DNA of 64,000 nucleotides from Mobula hypostoma (lineage: Eukaryota). The stretch covers positions 101,124,001 to 101,188,000 of the forward strand of contig NC_086108.1 of NCBI RefSeq assembly GCF_963921235.1. Direction: 5' to 3'. The notes under the pieces were generated by a model. The model ran no database searches. It saw only the letters and a program-made list of their open reading frames with translations, and was not told the DNA's origin. The translations under genes were made by a program, and so were the position numbers. Shown here piece after piece: positions 1-10,399 of the stretch (position 1 is the stretch's first letter; every line of letters starts with the position of its first letter).

Positions 1-39
1 CCCAGCGAAGATGGGCCCACTCGTGGACAAATACTCTAC
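1..39 (-). CDS. CLCA: CLCA-family gene, coding exon 4 (partial; GRVFVHEWAHLRWG, HExxH zinc-binding motif)
   Basis: TGTCTTAACAG acceptor; phase 1 continues exon 3; encodes HEWAHLRWG. The exon runs off the window edge. Confidence 0.96.
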
Positions 40-515
40 CTGTTAAGACAATTTTATTTTTAAATAGTGAATTCAATATTTTCACATTCTTAAAGTATTC
101 TCAAGAGCATCTGAGCAGTTAGGTCAGGTATCTGAGCAACTGCACCTAACCTGTGTTGAACTTGCCCAGAAAGCATCACATAGAAGCAAAAAGAATGTAC
201 TATAAACATTAGGTTGTTAAATGATGCACAATGCACAAGGGTGGTTGATGAAACATTAAGCTTGTTTTCATTAATAAGAACACAAAATCTATTAATTAGT
301 ATTATTTACACATCTTGCTTATCATTGCACCTTAAAGGATCAAGTGTAATATATAAAAGTCAGTCTCTCTCTCTCTCTCCCCCCTTCCCCCCCCAATCAT
401 GTTGTTGATCAAAGGTGTCAGAGGGGTTACCAGCCTTCAATAGTTCCGATGTCCCTTAAGCAGTCAAAACCAAAACGTATTAAAAAGTAGTGCAAACTTA
501 TTTAAAACAATTTAC

Positions 516-666
516 CTTTTGGACAATAAACTGAGGTCATTTCATCATTTAGCATGAAGTTCGGGGTGAAGTGAATGTACCGCCCCTTCTCACCACATCC
601 ACCATACTGCAGGGTGTACGGGGCATCTCCATATTTAAGATAGGATTCAGCAACGATCACATTCGC
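516..666 (-). CDS. CLCA: CLCA-family gene, coding exon 3 (ANVIVAESYLKYGDAPYTLQYGGCGEKGRYIHFTPNFMLNDEMTSVYCPK)
   Basis: TTCTTCCGTAG acceptor, AAAAG|GTAAAT donor, 151 nt; PYT.QY..CGEKG.YIHFTP motif of the CLCA catalytic domain. Confidence 0.96.
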
Positions 667-1649
667 CTACGGAAGAAATTGCAGTCTTCCATATGAACGT
701 CCTTGCACTCGGCACAAAAGGATGACTTTCTATAGCAGAAAGACTAATACCCTGTCTGAAATAATATTACAAAAAAGCCTAAAGATCCAGTGTTAGTCTT
801 GCTCCTCTTCTCCTCATCAGTGCTTGGCTCTGATCCCCCACTTTCCCTTATTCCAAGTGTTGCCACACTCCACGCTCTCAAAAAGTTTCTGGATCTTCTG
901 TCACTCTGGCCTCAAGTATACGGCTCCCCATTGGCCTTGTGTGCCAGATTCTCTCCTACAGATATATTCCCTAATGCCCTCTGCTGCTCAATTCATCATG
1001 CCTCCAGAGTCTGTCCCCATCCATCTCTCAAAGCTCTAAATGAAAGAGCCAACTCCATTTTAATATTCCTGGAACCTGCTTCTATAGTTCTGAGGCAAAA
1101 TAAAGTGATAATCTCTATCCATTGCTCCCAGACACAAGGCATCCCAGTACTACTGGAAATGAGACTGCTTTCTTGGCAACCTTGGGCAGCAATACGGATA
1201 GGTCTTTGAAACCTGCACAAACACCGCCTCACAATATCTCCCAAAGGTGCTGGGATTCAAGATATCTCCCAATGACAAGAATATTTACAGGACTGCAGTC
1301 ACATACACCCCTCCCACCATCACAAGCATCAACCCCCCCCTCCACAACCTACCCACAACAACCTCTCACTGTTTCACCATTGTCAAATCCTGTACATCCT
1401 CCATCAGAGGTTATTGCTACTTATATCCTATTGTTCCATCCCTCAATGCTACCAAGTTGTGGCCCACCCACAGCAAGCCTGTCAGCTTCTTGAATGGTTT
1501 CCTAATATCAATGACTCAGTATAGTTCCAAAATGCCTCAGTCCATTCATCAGTGCTTTCAAGCTCATGTACACCAGGGTTTTAGACAGGTAGAGGATCCC
1601 ATTATCATCAAAAGAGATGCAAATAAATAAAACTTCAGTTGTTGGAATC

Positions 1650-1793
1650 TGAAAAATAAGCAGAAGGTGCTGGAAGAACTTAGCCAGTCAGGCAGCATCT
1701 ACAGAAAAAGAGAAAGCTGTCAAAGGTTTGGGTCAGCAGCCTTTCCCTGTCTGCGTGACTGGCAGTTCTTTAAGCATCTTTGTTTATGTTTCA
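1650..1793. repeat. Degenerate fold-back remnant of Penelope terminal repeat
   Basis: TGAAAAATAAGCAGAAGGTGCTGGAAGAACTTAGCCAGTCAGGCAG is an imperfect inverted repeat of CTGCGTGACTGGCAGTTCTTTAAGCATCTTTGTTTATGTTTCA; resembles Penelope ends at 12781 and 33641. Confidence 0.6.
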
Positions 1794-1829
1794 AAGCCAA
1801 TTAGTTACTGATGCCCTCTATTGGTCAGA

Positions 1830-2383
1830 GTCAAACAGAGATGTTGCATCCCAGCTACCTACATGATACACAAGCCTGGGCAGTATGATATGGAGAGCAA
1901 TCTATTGCTCATGTAACAAGCTCCTGCTCTGCATGCATCCGATGAATCCAAAGTAACGACAGAGACTGATACAGTTTGGTACCAGCAACAACGCAGGAGT
2001 TGCCAGTCAGTATTGAACTCACTGCCTTAGGGACTCCAGCTCTGGATTTTTCTCGGGGTTTACTCCCAAAGCCTTCCCCATGAATGTATATAGCCATAAG
2101 GCAGCGGAGGTTTGAGATCAGAGTTTTTCCTCTCCTAGGTGAGCTGCCAACCATGGATGACAAGCCCCTTCTGCCTGAAGTGACTAGTTTTTAAGTTGTC
2201 AGTAACCTGCCTTTATTCCTTTTCCTGTCAGTAGAAATAGTTCTGCCATGCTTAGTAGCTCAGCCAAATGTGAAGGTCAGGAGCTGGACATGGCTGTCAA
2301 AGGCAATTTGAGATGCATGCCATTGGGAGTATTTAATAGGTGGTGGGAGCTTATTCCCACTACCCACCCTGGCTATAACAACC
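1830..2383 (-). mobile_element. Old non-coding short interspersed element (possible degenerate HDV-like ribozyme at 5' end)
   Basis: GC-richer structured block in CLCA intron 2 with partial pseudoknot-compatible pairings; family assignment uncertain. Confidence 0.35.
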
Positions 2384-2396
2384 TTAAGAATCCAAT

Positions 2397-3035
2397 GAGT
2401 TACACCCTACTAGTAAAGATTATACATATTACTCTTTCCCTCATTCAGCCTATTCAAGGATAGACTATTTCTTTATCTTTAATACAGATAGACTCAGGAT
2501 AAAAAACTGTAATATTGCAACAATTGATCTGTCGGATCATAGCCCAGTCTCTATGTCTCTAATCCTGGAAAGGAAAATGAGGAAAACACTATGGAGGCTA
2601 AACTCACATATACTTAATAACCCAAAAGTAATGGAGAGATTAAGGGCAGAAATCAAAGAATATCTAGACCTTAATGACACGGGAGAAACATCACCAGTGA
2701 TTTTATGGGATACATTGAAAGCTGTACTGAGAGGGAAAATTATTTCCATTACTACTCACATGAAAAAAATCAATGCACAAAAATTAGCAGACCTTCAAGG
2801 AAAATTAAAACAACTTCAAGTTGGAGATAGCAACAAAAGTAATTCAAATCGAAAACAGGAAATTAGGAAATTGCAAAGTGAAATTGATGATATTTATACG
2901 TTGGAAACTCAAAGAAATTTTCTTTACCTGAGACAAAAGAATTATGAAGCAGGAGGTAAATCAGCTAGATTATTAGCATATAAATTACGAAAACAACAAG
3001 CAGACAATACAATTCATAAAATAAAGAATCCAAAG
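2397..3035 (+). mobile_element. L1-clade LINE ORF2 internal fragment (C-terminal endonuclease + linker)
   Basis: Open frame ELHPTSKDYTYYSFPHSAYSRIDYFF...DLSDHSPV...WRLN...LWDTLKAVLRGKII...K.ARLLA; flanked by an 18-bp direct repeat (2386-2403, 3033-3050). Confidence 0.9.
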
Positions 3036-3159
3036 AATCCAATGAGTTACTACTGTATGCAAAAGTCAATAGAGTCAAAGAATCATAGGGTTACACAGAA
3101 TAAAAACTGTCCATTTGGCTCAACTCACCCATGCTAACCAAGAATTCCCACCATTGACT

Positions 3160-3391
3160 ATAAGGAGTATGTACATTCTCCTCATTGCCGCGTGGGATTT
3201 TCCTCTGGATGCTCCAGATTCTTCCCACATTACATATGGTTTGTGTTCGGGTTAGTAGGTTGAGGGTATGCAGTGTTGGCACTGGAAGTGTGGCAACACA
3301 TGTGGGCTCAGACTGTGTTGATCATTGACACAAACAACATATTTCACTGTATGTTTTGATGTGCAGGTGACAAATAAATCTAATCTAATCT
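3160..3391 (+). mobile_element. V-SINE-like element
   Basis: Degenerate GCGTGGG.TTTCCTC...TGCTCC...TTC.TCCCACA core and AATAAATCTAATCTAATCT tail. Confidence 0.5.
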
Positions 3392-3436
3392 TTAGTAGTT
3401 ACCTGAGCTCGCCACATTTGGCCTATTTTCCTCTAC

Positions 3437-3516
3437 CAGGGGTTCCCAACGTTTTTTATGCCACACAGCCTTGCCATTAACTGAGGGGTCCGTGGGCCAC
3501 AGATTGGGAACCCCTG
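3437..3516. mobile_element. hAT-type MITE
   Basis: Perfect 13-bp terminal inverted repeats (TIRs) CAGGGGTTCCCAA/TTGGGAACCCCTG; no clear TSD. Confidence 0.7.
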
Positions 3517-4036
3517 CAGAACATTTCCTATCCAGGTGACTATTCAAGTGTCTGTTAAATGTTGAAATTGTAAACACCTCTATCACTTCCTCTGGCAACT
3601 CGTTCCATATACCCACCTCCCTCTTTGTGGAAAGGTTGACCCTCAAGTCTCTCTTAGTTTCCTCCTTTTTCAACTTAAATCTATGCCCTCCATTTTTAGA
3701 CTCTTCAGCCCTGGAAAACATTACTTGCAACTCCTCAGCAATGATTCTAGCAAACTCCAAATATACATGTTTGTTTCCAAGAATAAGTTCCACTTTCATT
3801 GTCAGTGGGGCATTCCCGTGGCTCTATATGGGAGACTAGTAACTGAATGACAGATTGTAACTTGTAAGAAAATCTTTAGAAGTCACTGTTCTGCCAGATC
3901 TACCCTTACAGTAACTTTTCTGCACCTCTGGAACTTTGGCACAAAATTCACACATGTGAATAAGGGTTCTGGGGCGAAGTTCCCGTTGTGGAAAGTCACT
4001 CAGAGCAGTTTAAGTCTTGTACCCCACTTTTCCTAC

Positions 4037-4180
4037 CTTCTCGTATGATTGAGTAGTTGGTCTTTGAAACAGATTTGGATTCGGTGGCCAAGTAGCAGGC
4101 AGCAGGATTTTTACATCTGAGAAGTAAAGTTGATGTTCCGTAGCGTCGTAGATGTAGGACGAGGCTTCAGTCATCATTCC
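4037..4180 (-). CDS. CLCA: CLCA-family gene, coding exon 2 (GMMTEASSYIYDATEHQLYFSDVKILLPATWPPNPNLFQRPTTQSYEK)
   Basis: TTTTGCAG acceptor, AAG|GTAGGA donor, 144 nt in frame; matches the CLCA M.T.AS.Y...AT....YF..V.IL.P.TW pattern. Confidence 0.95.
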
Positions 4181-4399
4181 CTGCAAAACAAACAGGGAAT
4201 TTTTATTTTTATTTCTATTTATGCACCATTTATTTAATTTAACAATCTATATATATATATTTTTACTGTAATTCACAGTTTTTTTTTCTCTAATATTATG
4301 TATTGCATTGTACTGCTGCCACAAAGTTAACGACTCTCACAATACTAAACCCGATTCTGATCCAGTTTTCAGTAAACAGGAGAGGGGAGAAAGAACATA

Positions 4400-4570
4400 A
4401 AGACAAGATATTCTGCAGATTCTGGAAATCCAAAGCAACACACCCAAAGTCCGAGAGGAACTCAGCAGGTCAGGCAGCATCTGTGGAGAGGAATAAAGAG
4501 TGGATTCTTTGGACCGAGACCCTTCATTTGGACTGGAAAGTAACAGGGAAGAAGCCAGAATAAGAAGGTA
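4400..4570 (-). mobile_element. Degenerate Penelope terminal repeat in CLCA intron 1
   Basis: CAAAGCAACACAC...GAACTCAGCAGGTCAGGCAGCATC...CCGAGACCCTTCA resembles 12781-12890; hammerhead core is mutated. Confidence 0.65.
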
Positions 4571-4681
4571 AGAACATAAATATGCCTTTAACTCTCACCA
4601 AATTCTAAACTCCAAACAGTAAAATGCAATGCAAATAACATACAATGAACAAAACAATGCAAATTTCAGGCACCACCTCAC

Positions 4682-4840
4682 CTGAATACTTTCAATAAGC
4701 TTGGGGTTATATTGGATACTAGGATTAATAGCAATGACAATGTTTCTATATCCATTATTGACCACTCTTACTCTGGAGCAGTTTAGAAAGCAAACGTTCA
4801 GGAGACAACAGAACACTAAGCCTAGGACTCTGTTAAGCAT
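4682..4840 (-). CDS. CLCA: CLCA-family gene, coding exon 1 (signal peptide + N-terminus; MLNRVLGLVFCCLLNVCFLNCSRVRVVNNGYRNIVIAINPSIQYNPKLIESIQ)
   Basis: ATG at 4840, 159 nt, phase 0, ends CAG|GTGAG donor. Hydrophobic leader followed by the NNGY..IVIAINP motif typical of CLCA N-termini. Paralogue identity not resolvable. Confidence 0.93.
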
Positions 4841-4882
4841 CTTCTCAGCTTCAGTTAGAGCTTTCTCAGCTGGAGAAAACTT

Positions 4883-4888
4883 CTTATA
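4883..4888 (-). promoter_or_regulatory. Candidate TATA box of the CLCA gene
   Basis: TATAAG on the minus strand ~43 nt upstream of the ATG in non-repetitive sequence; position fits a short 5' UTR. Confidence 0.45.
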
Positions 4889-5374
4889 GTTGAAGAAGTA
4901 GGTTGTACAGTGCCACCCACATCCTGGGAGTGCACTAAAAAGGATTAGAGGAGGGTCACACCGGTGCACAATGCAAATGGGAAACTGGTTGAGAAATTCT
5001 AGCTCATTCCAATTATCTTTTAATTTGATTCCCCCTTTAAGGACTGGTGCATCACTGGAAGAGCCAACATTTATAGTCCATCCCTAGGTGCCCTTGTGAA
5101 GCTTAAAATCAAAAAGAGTTGCTCCAGATACAGAACTAATGGAATCAATAGAATTTTACAGAAAGCTGTAATGTGATTTAGGTCAGTCTGAAACTGTGTT
5201 TCAAATTGTCCCCAGGAGTTGTCCATCTTCTAAGATCCTTCCTCTCCCAGGATGAGGTCTTTGGAGCTTCTGTTGGCGTTCCACTGGGTTTATGTGGGAT
5301 GGGATTGCTAGCTCTATGCCCAACCCTCCCTCCTCCTTTTGCCGCCTGTACCCGCACGATATCCATCCAGACTC

Positions 5375-6190
5375 CTTCCATCTGTGTACCTATCCCATCT
5401 CCTCTTCAATGTTACAACTGAACGTGTATCTACCACTTCCAATGGCAGGTCATTTCACACTCGCACCACCCTCTGAGTAAAGAAGTTTCCTCTCACCTTC
5501 CCCTTAAATATTTCACCTTTTGCCCTAAACCTATTACCTCTAGTTCTAGTCTCACTCAATTCAAGGGAGGAAACCTGCATGCCTTCACCCTGTCTATACT
5601 CCACATAATTTTCTAGGTTGCTAAAAGATCTCCCCTCATTTTCTTGCACTACAGGGAATAATGTCCCAACTTATTCAGCCTTTCCCAATAACTCAGATTC
5701 TCAAGCCCTGGAAATGTAAATTTTGGAGTCACAGAATCATAGAAAAGTACAGCGCAGTAACAGGCCCTTTAGCCTACCCAGTCCATGCCAAACCATTTAA
5801 ACTGTATACTCCCTTCGACATGCACTGGGACTGTAGCTCTTCACACCCCTACCATTCATGTACCTATCCATTGAAATTGAGCTCGCATGAACCACTTGTG
5901 GTGGCAGCTCATCCCACACTCTCACGACCCTCTGAGTGAAGAAGTTTCTCCTTGTGTTCCCCTTAAACTATTCAACTTTCAGCCTTAACCCATGTCCTTT
6001 GGTTGTTGTCCCACATAACCTCAGTGGAAAAAGCCTGCTTGCATTTACTCTGTCTATACCCCTCATTATTTTGTATACGTCTATCAAATCTCTTCTCAAT
6101 CTTCTATGTTCCAAGGAATAAAGTCCTAATCTATTCAATCTTTCCTTATAACTCAGTCCTCCAGACCTGGCAACATTCTTGTAAATCTTC
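5375..6190 (-). mobile_element. Two CR1 LINE 3' fragments
   Basis: SYKERLNRLGLYSLEHRRLRRDLIDVYKIMRG...TRG..FF.QRVV, typical of the CR1 ORF2 C-terminus. Confidence 0.85.
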
Positions 6191-6194
6191 TTAT

Positions 6195-7004
6195 CGAACT
6201 GACAATGCTCCAACAATGTCTTAAATTTAGCCTCATATGCTGAAATGGATTCCGCTTCCTTTTCATTCACTTCTGAAACCTAAAGCATATTGCAATTAAC
6301 AACGGTTTCGGATCGAAATGTTCCCGCATTACTTCCACGATATCAACAAAGCTCATTTCAGCTGCTTTGGTTGAAACAGTCAAACTTCTAAGCAAACCGT
6401 ATGCCTTTAAATCAAATGCACTCGGCAAAATTGGCACCCACTTCTCACAGGCCGTTCCATTTGCTTTAAAATACTGCACAATTTACTCCATATACAATAT
6501 CCAGTTAGCTGTTGTGATCAAACACGTCAATCTTTCCAATGTAGCCAAACGTTTCTACTCTTTTTTTATGATTATTATCACCCGGTACTCACTGTTTATG
6601 AACCTGTGAATTCTTCTGTTTTCTGCCTTTTTGAGTCTGTTCTTTCCCAAAGAGGCATGTACTGTGCTGTTTTTTCACTCAACCATTTCTTGTTGCCTTT
6701 TTTTTTCCAACTGGAATGTCTTGTTGCACCTCAACAGGCAGGGGTATGTCTCAGGTTCATTTAAAACTTCCTCGTCACCTCTGCTATATATTGTAGCTAC
6801 AAGACATCAAACTAACTGGAATGGAAAGGACAGAGAGTCCGGAATGCAAGTCTAACTTTGTTTTCACTTTAACCAAGGTGGTGTAATGACGTTTGCCATT
6901 CATATACTTTGTACATATAACCATTATTGAACTGTTATAGACAATAAAGAGTGCTTAATTAAACAATTTATTTACAATATTATTGATATATTAAGTACAC
7001 AACA
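6195..7004 (-). mobile_element. Gypsy-type LTR retrotransposon 5' part (LTR ~6782-7004, PBS-like site, gag fragment)
   Basis: gag QYFKAN...AYGLLRSL...HFDPKPLLIA..FRF...ESISAY......L.EHCQF; PBS-like GGTGACGAGG (6770-6779, minus) next to a TG...CA bounded segment. Confidence 0.8.
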
Positions 7005-7091
7005 GATAGTACACCTGAATACATGCTAGATGACTGATGTATGTCTGAAGGTTGCAGATACTTGGGGCATTGGTGCCTGTTCTGGGGAAGT

Positions 7092-7752
7092 TGAGACCTG
7101 TTCACTTGTAACTCAGCAGGGCTAGAACCAACATGAACTCTGCAGCATTGGTAACGTAATGCTCTGGTTCAGATGGTTCATATTTTTTTCTCTGGTATGC
7201 TGTTCTGTTCTGTGTACGTTGCTTGTTTGGGTTACTGTTGAAGATAAGAGATGGGAGAATTGTATCCCATTCAATTAGGATGGCTAGATTTAGGGGAGGT
7301 TTCTCCGGTGAAGGACATTAAGGTTGGGCTTGGGGCTTTGTTGGAGGAGAGGAGAGAAGATGCTGGAGGGAAGAGATCGTGGGAGTCGATCCGGAGCGGG
7401 GCCGTGATTCGCTGAAGTCCGGGGAGATCGAAAGAAGATCGGCAAAGGGGAAGCCGTGAGCTCCAACTTGTGCACATTAGATTGTTTCATTAAACTGGGT
7501 CCTTTTTCTTCTTTTTTTGTTTTTCCGTTCTTAACCCTTTAGTCAAATTAAGAATTGTAAAACTAAATCTTTTAATTGTATGCGGTATACTGTCTGTTAT
7601 TTCGTTGTACTTACTTGTAACAAGGTAACACATCACGCAGCATCCACACAAACGAGGGGATTTGGGGGGCTTGCATGTTAATCTCCCACGTTTGGCGGGG
7701 CTGAAGGGTGTCTTCCCTAGACTCACGCAGACGATGGAAGCACAGTGTCACA
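7092..7752 (+). mobile_element. Solo LTR
   Basis: TGAGAC...GTCACA ends with GAAGT on both sides; shares GAGCTCCAAC, CAGCATCCACACAAACGA and TTTGGCGGGGC blocks with the 10856-11553 LTR. Confidence 0.6.
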
Positions 7753-8186
7753 GAAGTATCTCTGGAGAATGTTTACATTTATTGGTCAGAGTGGAACAGA
7801 GCTGAGCAAAGATTCAGGATAGAGAAAGAAAAATAAAATTGTAAATTTGGACTCAGAAAATTAGAGGACGAGGTTGAAGCAAAGGCAGACAGAAGTTAGT
7901 TTATTTCCTTTGCAAAACCTCCTTGCAAAATCTGGTTCCTGTCTTATTGGACTTATCTCATACTGCTGGATAGCCACAAGATCCTATTTTTTTTTAACCT
8001 TTTCTAAACCTAATCCTGTCACACAAAATCTGGTTCCCTTTTCTTAGACAGGTCTAGCTTCTTTCTATAAAATAGACACCACACTCTATTGTCCACCTGC
8101 ACTACACTTTCTCTGTAACTGTAACACTTTATTTTGCACTTTGTTGTTGTTCTATCTTGTATAATCTCAAAGCACTGTTATAATTT

Positions 8187-8438
8187 TTATTTATTTAGGG
8201 ATACAGCGTGGAATAGGCCCTTCTGGCTTTTCAAGCTGTGCCACCAGCAACCCACCAATTTAACCCTAACCTAATCATAGGACAATGACCAATTGCCTAC
8301 TAGCCGGTATATCTTTGGACTGTAAGAGGAAACCTGAGCACTTGGAGAACTCCTTACAGAGCACATCGGGATTGAAGTCTGAGCTTCAGCATCCTGAGCT
8401 TTAATAGCGTCGTGCTAACACCTCCGTTAACATGGCAC
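8187..8438 (-). mobile_element. tRNA-derived V-SINE-like element with CR1-type tail
   Basis: Degenerate tRNA-like head, GGTTTCCTC..ACAGTCCAAAGA core, GAAGGGCCT.TTCC..GCTGTA CR1-like 3' end. Confidence 0.55.
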
Positions 8439-8572
8439 CTATGAAATTATCTGCCTGAACAGTATCCAAGGCAAGTTTTCACTGTTCCTCAGTATATGTG
8501 ACAATAATAAATGAATTTACCAATATTCCAATTTACCTTATCTTGAGAATTAATCTTGGTTCTATATAGATC

Positions 8573-10330
8573 TTAGAACATAGAATATTACAGCACAGTA
8601 CAGGCCCTTCAGCCCATGATGCTGTGATGACCAATTAACCTACTCTAAGATCAATCTAACCCTTCCCTCCTACATAGCCTTCCATTTTTCTTTCATCCAT
8701 GTGCCTATCTAAGAGTCTCCTAAATGGCCCGAATGTATCTGCCTCCACCACCACCCCTGGCAGCGTGCTCCATGCACTCACCACTGTCTGTATAAAGATC
8801 TTACTTCTGACATCCCGCCCCCTTATACTTTCTTCCAATCTCTTAACATTTATGCCCTTTCATGTTGTTCATTTCTACATTGGGGAAAAGCCTCTGTTAT
8901 CCCGATCTGGCCTCTTATCATTTTATACACCTCTGTCAAGTTAGAAAGAGGAAATACCATTCCTATGAATAGATCGTAATTCTTCAGTGATCACCACACA
9001 TTATTCTAAATTCTACACAATATACTTCCAGATCAGTTACCCTCTGCTCAGTGGTTTATTGCTCATTCCAGGAATTGTTCCTGTGTTCCTGGATTCCATG
9101 TCCTTTACTTCATTTATCCTTCCTTAAGTAGCGAGACCAGACCTGTACATAATGCTCCACCCACAGTGCACACTTTATTTGTTAGGTCCTACCTGTACCT
9201 TCCACAGTGGTAACTGTATGTATGTTCTAGGTCTTCTGCTGCTGTAGCCCATCTTCTTTAAGCTGGGTTGAGCATCGAGCTAGCAACTCGACCTCATAAA
9301 GAGCAGTCAAATGCTATGAAAAGGGAAAAATGCCCCGCGATGTGTCACGAGGCACGAAAATGAACAGCAACACAACTATCAATCATTCTCAATTAGATCA
9401 CATTTCTTCCCCATTCTGACATTTGGTCTGAACAAAACTGAACCTCTTGACCATCTCTGCATGCTTTTATGCATTGAGTTGCTGGCACATGATAGGCTGT
9501 TTAGACATTGGCATTAATAAAGGAACCACTGACTGTAGATGGTGTGCAAAGCTTTTTACTCAGTACCTGTGGCAATAAGAAACCAATTACCTAACATAAT
9601 TGTAATAAAGAACTGAAATTTTTTTGCATAAGGACAAAATATTGTTTGCCTTGTTATTTGCTTGCTTCAGCCGCACATTAATTTTCAATAGCTTGGGTAC
9701 TGTGAACCCAGGTCTCTGAATAATAACATATTTCACTGTCTCATCATTTAAAAGATGCCCCTTCTGTCTGCTTTCTGCACCAAAATGGATGACTACACTT
9801 TCCACCTTATACTGTATTTCATCTGCCATAAGACCATAAGACAGGCGCAGAATTTGGCCATCTGGCTCATTGCATCTGCTCCGCCATTCAATCATGGCTG
9901 ATCCTTTTTTTTCTCCTCCTCAGCCCCAGTTCCCAGCCTTCTCCCCGTAACCTTTGATGCTGTGGCCAATCAAGAACCTATCAATCTCTGCCTTAGATAC
10001 ACCCAACGAATTGGCCTCTACAGCTGCATGTGGCAACAAATCCAACAAATTTACTACCCTTTGGCTAGGCATCTAAATTCTGTCTATATTTCTCTCAGGC
10101 ATCTAAATTCTGTCTGTATTTCTCTCAGTCCTCTTGGCCTCTTGGCATAAACCACATTCTTAGCTGGCTTTTTATCAGGAGCAAACTTGGGTATATTACA
10201 CCTGGTTCCCTGATCTAAATCACTGAAAGAGATACAGTACCAGCACTGATCTCTATGACAGCACACTAGTCACAGCCTCCTAACTCCATTTTATGCCTCT
10301 TCTTCATTTTCTGTCTGTTAGCCAATCCCT
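8573..10330 (-). mobile_element. Cluster of degenerate CR1 fragments
   Basis: TAGAACATAGAA tail at 8573; WSTLPG.VVEA.T...F...LD and RT-like remnants. Confidence 0.7.
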
Positions 10331-10399
10331 GGGAGACATATTCAGATTATAGAACTGAAGCAAAAGAGCAGTGAGGTCCTGGACTGTATCTGGATTAGA

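Noticed and set aside
700..1600. ORFs in CLCA intron 2 (790-1209, 1122-1493, 1247-1630)
   Set aside because: Antisense to the gene, with no clear motifs; possibly a very old LINE remnant, but I cannot assign it.
4841..4969. N-terminal extension of CLCA suggested by the ORF track
   Set aside because: It starts at a non-ATG codon and spans the candidate TATA box; ATG 4840 gives a normal signal peptide.
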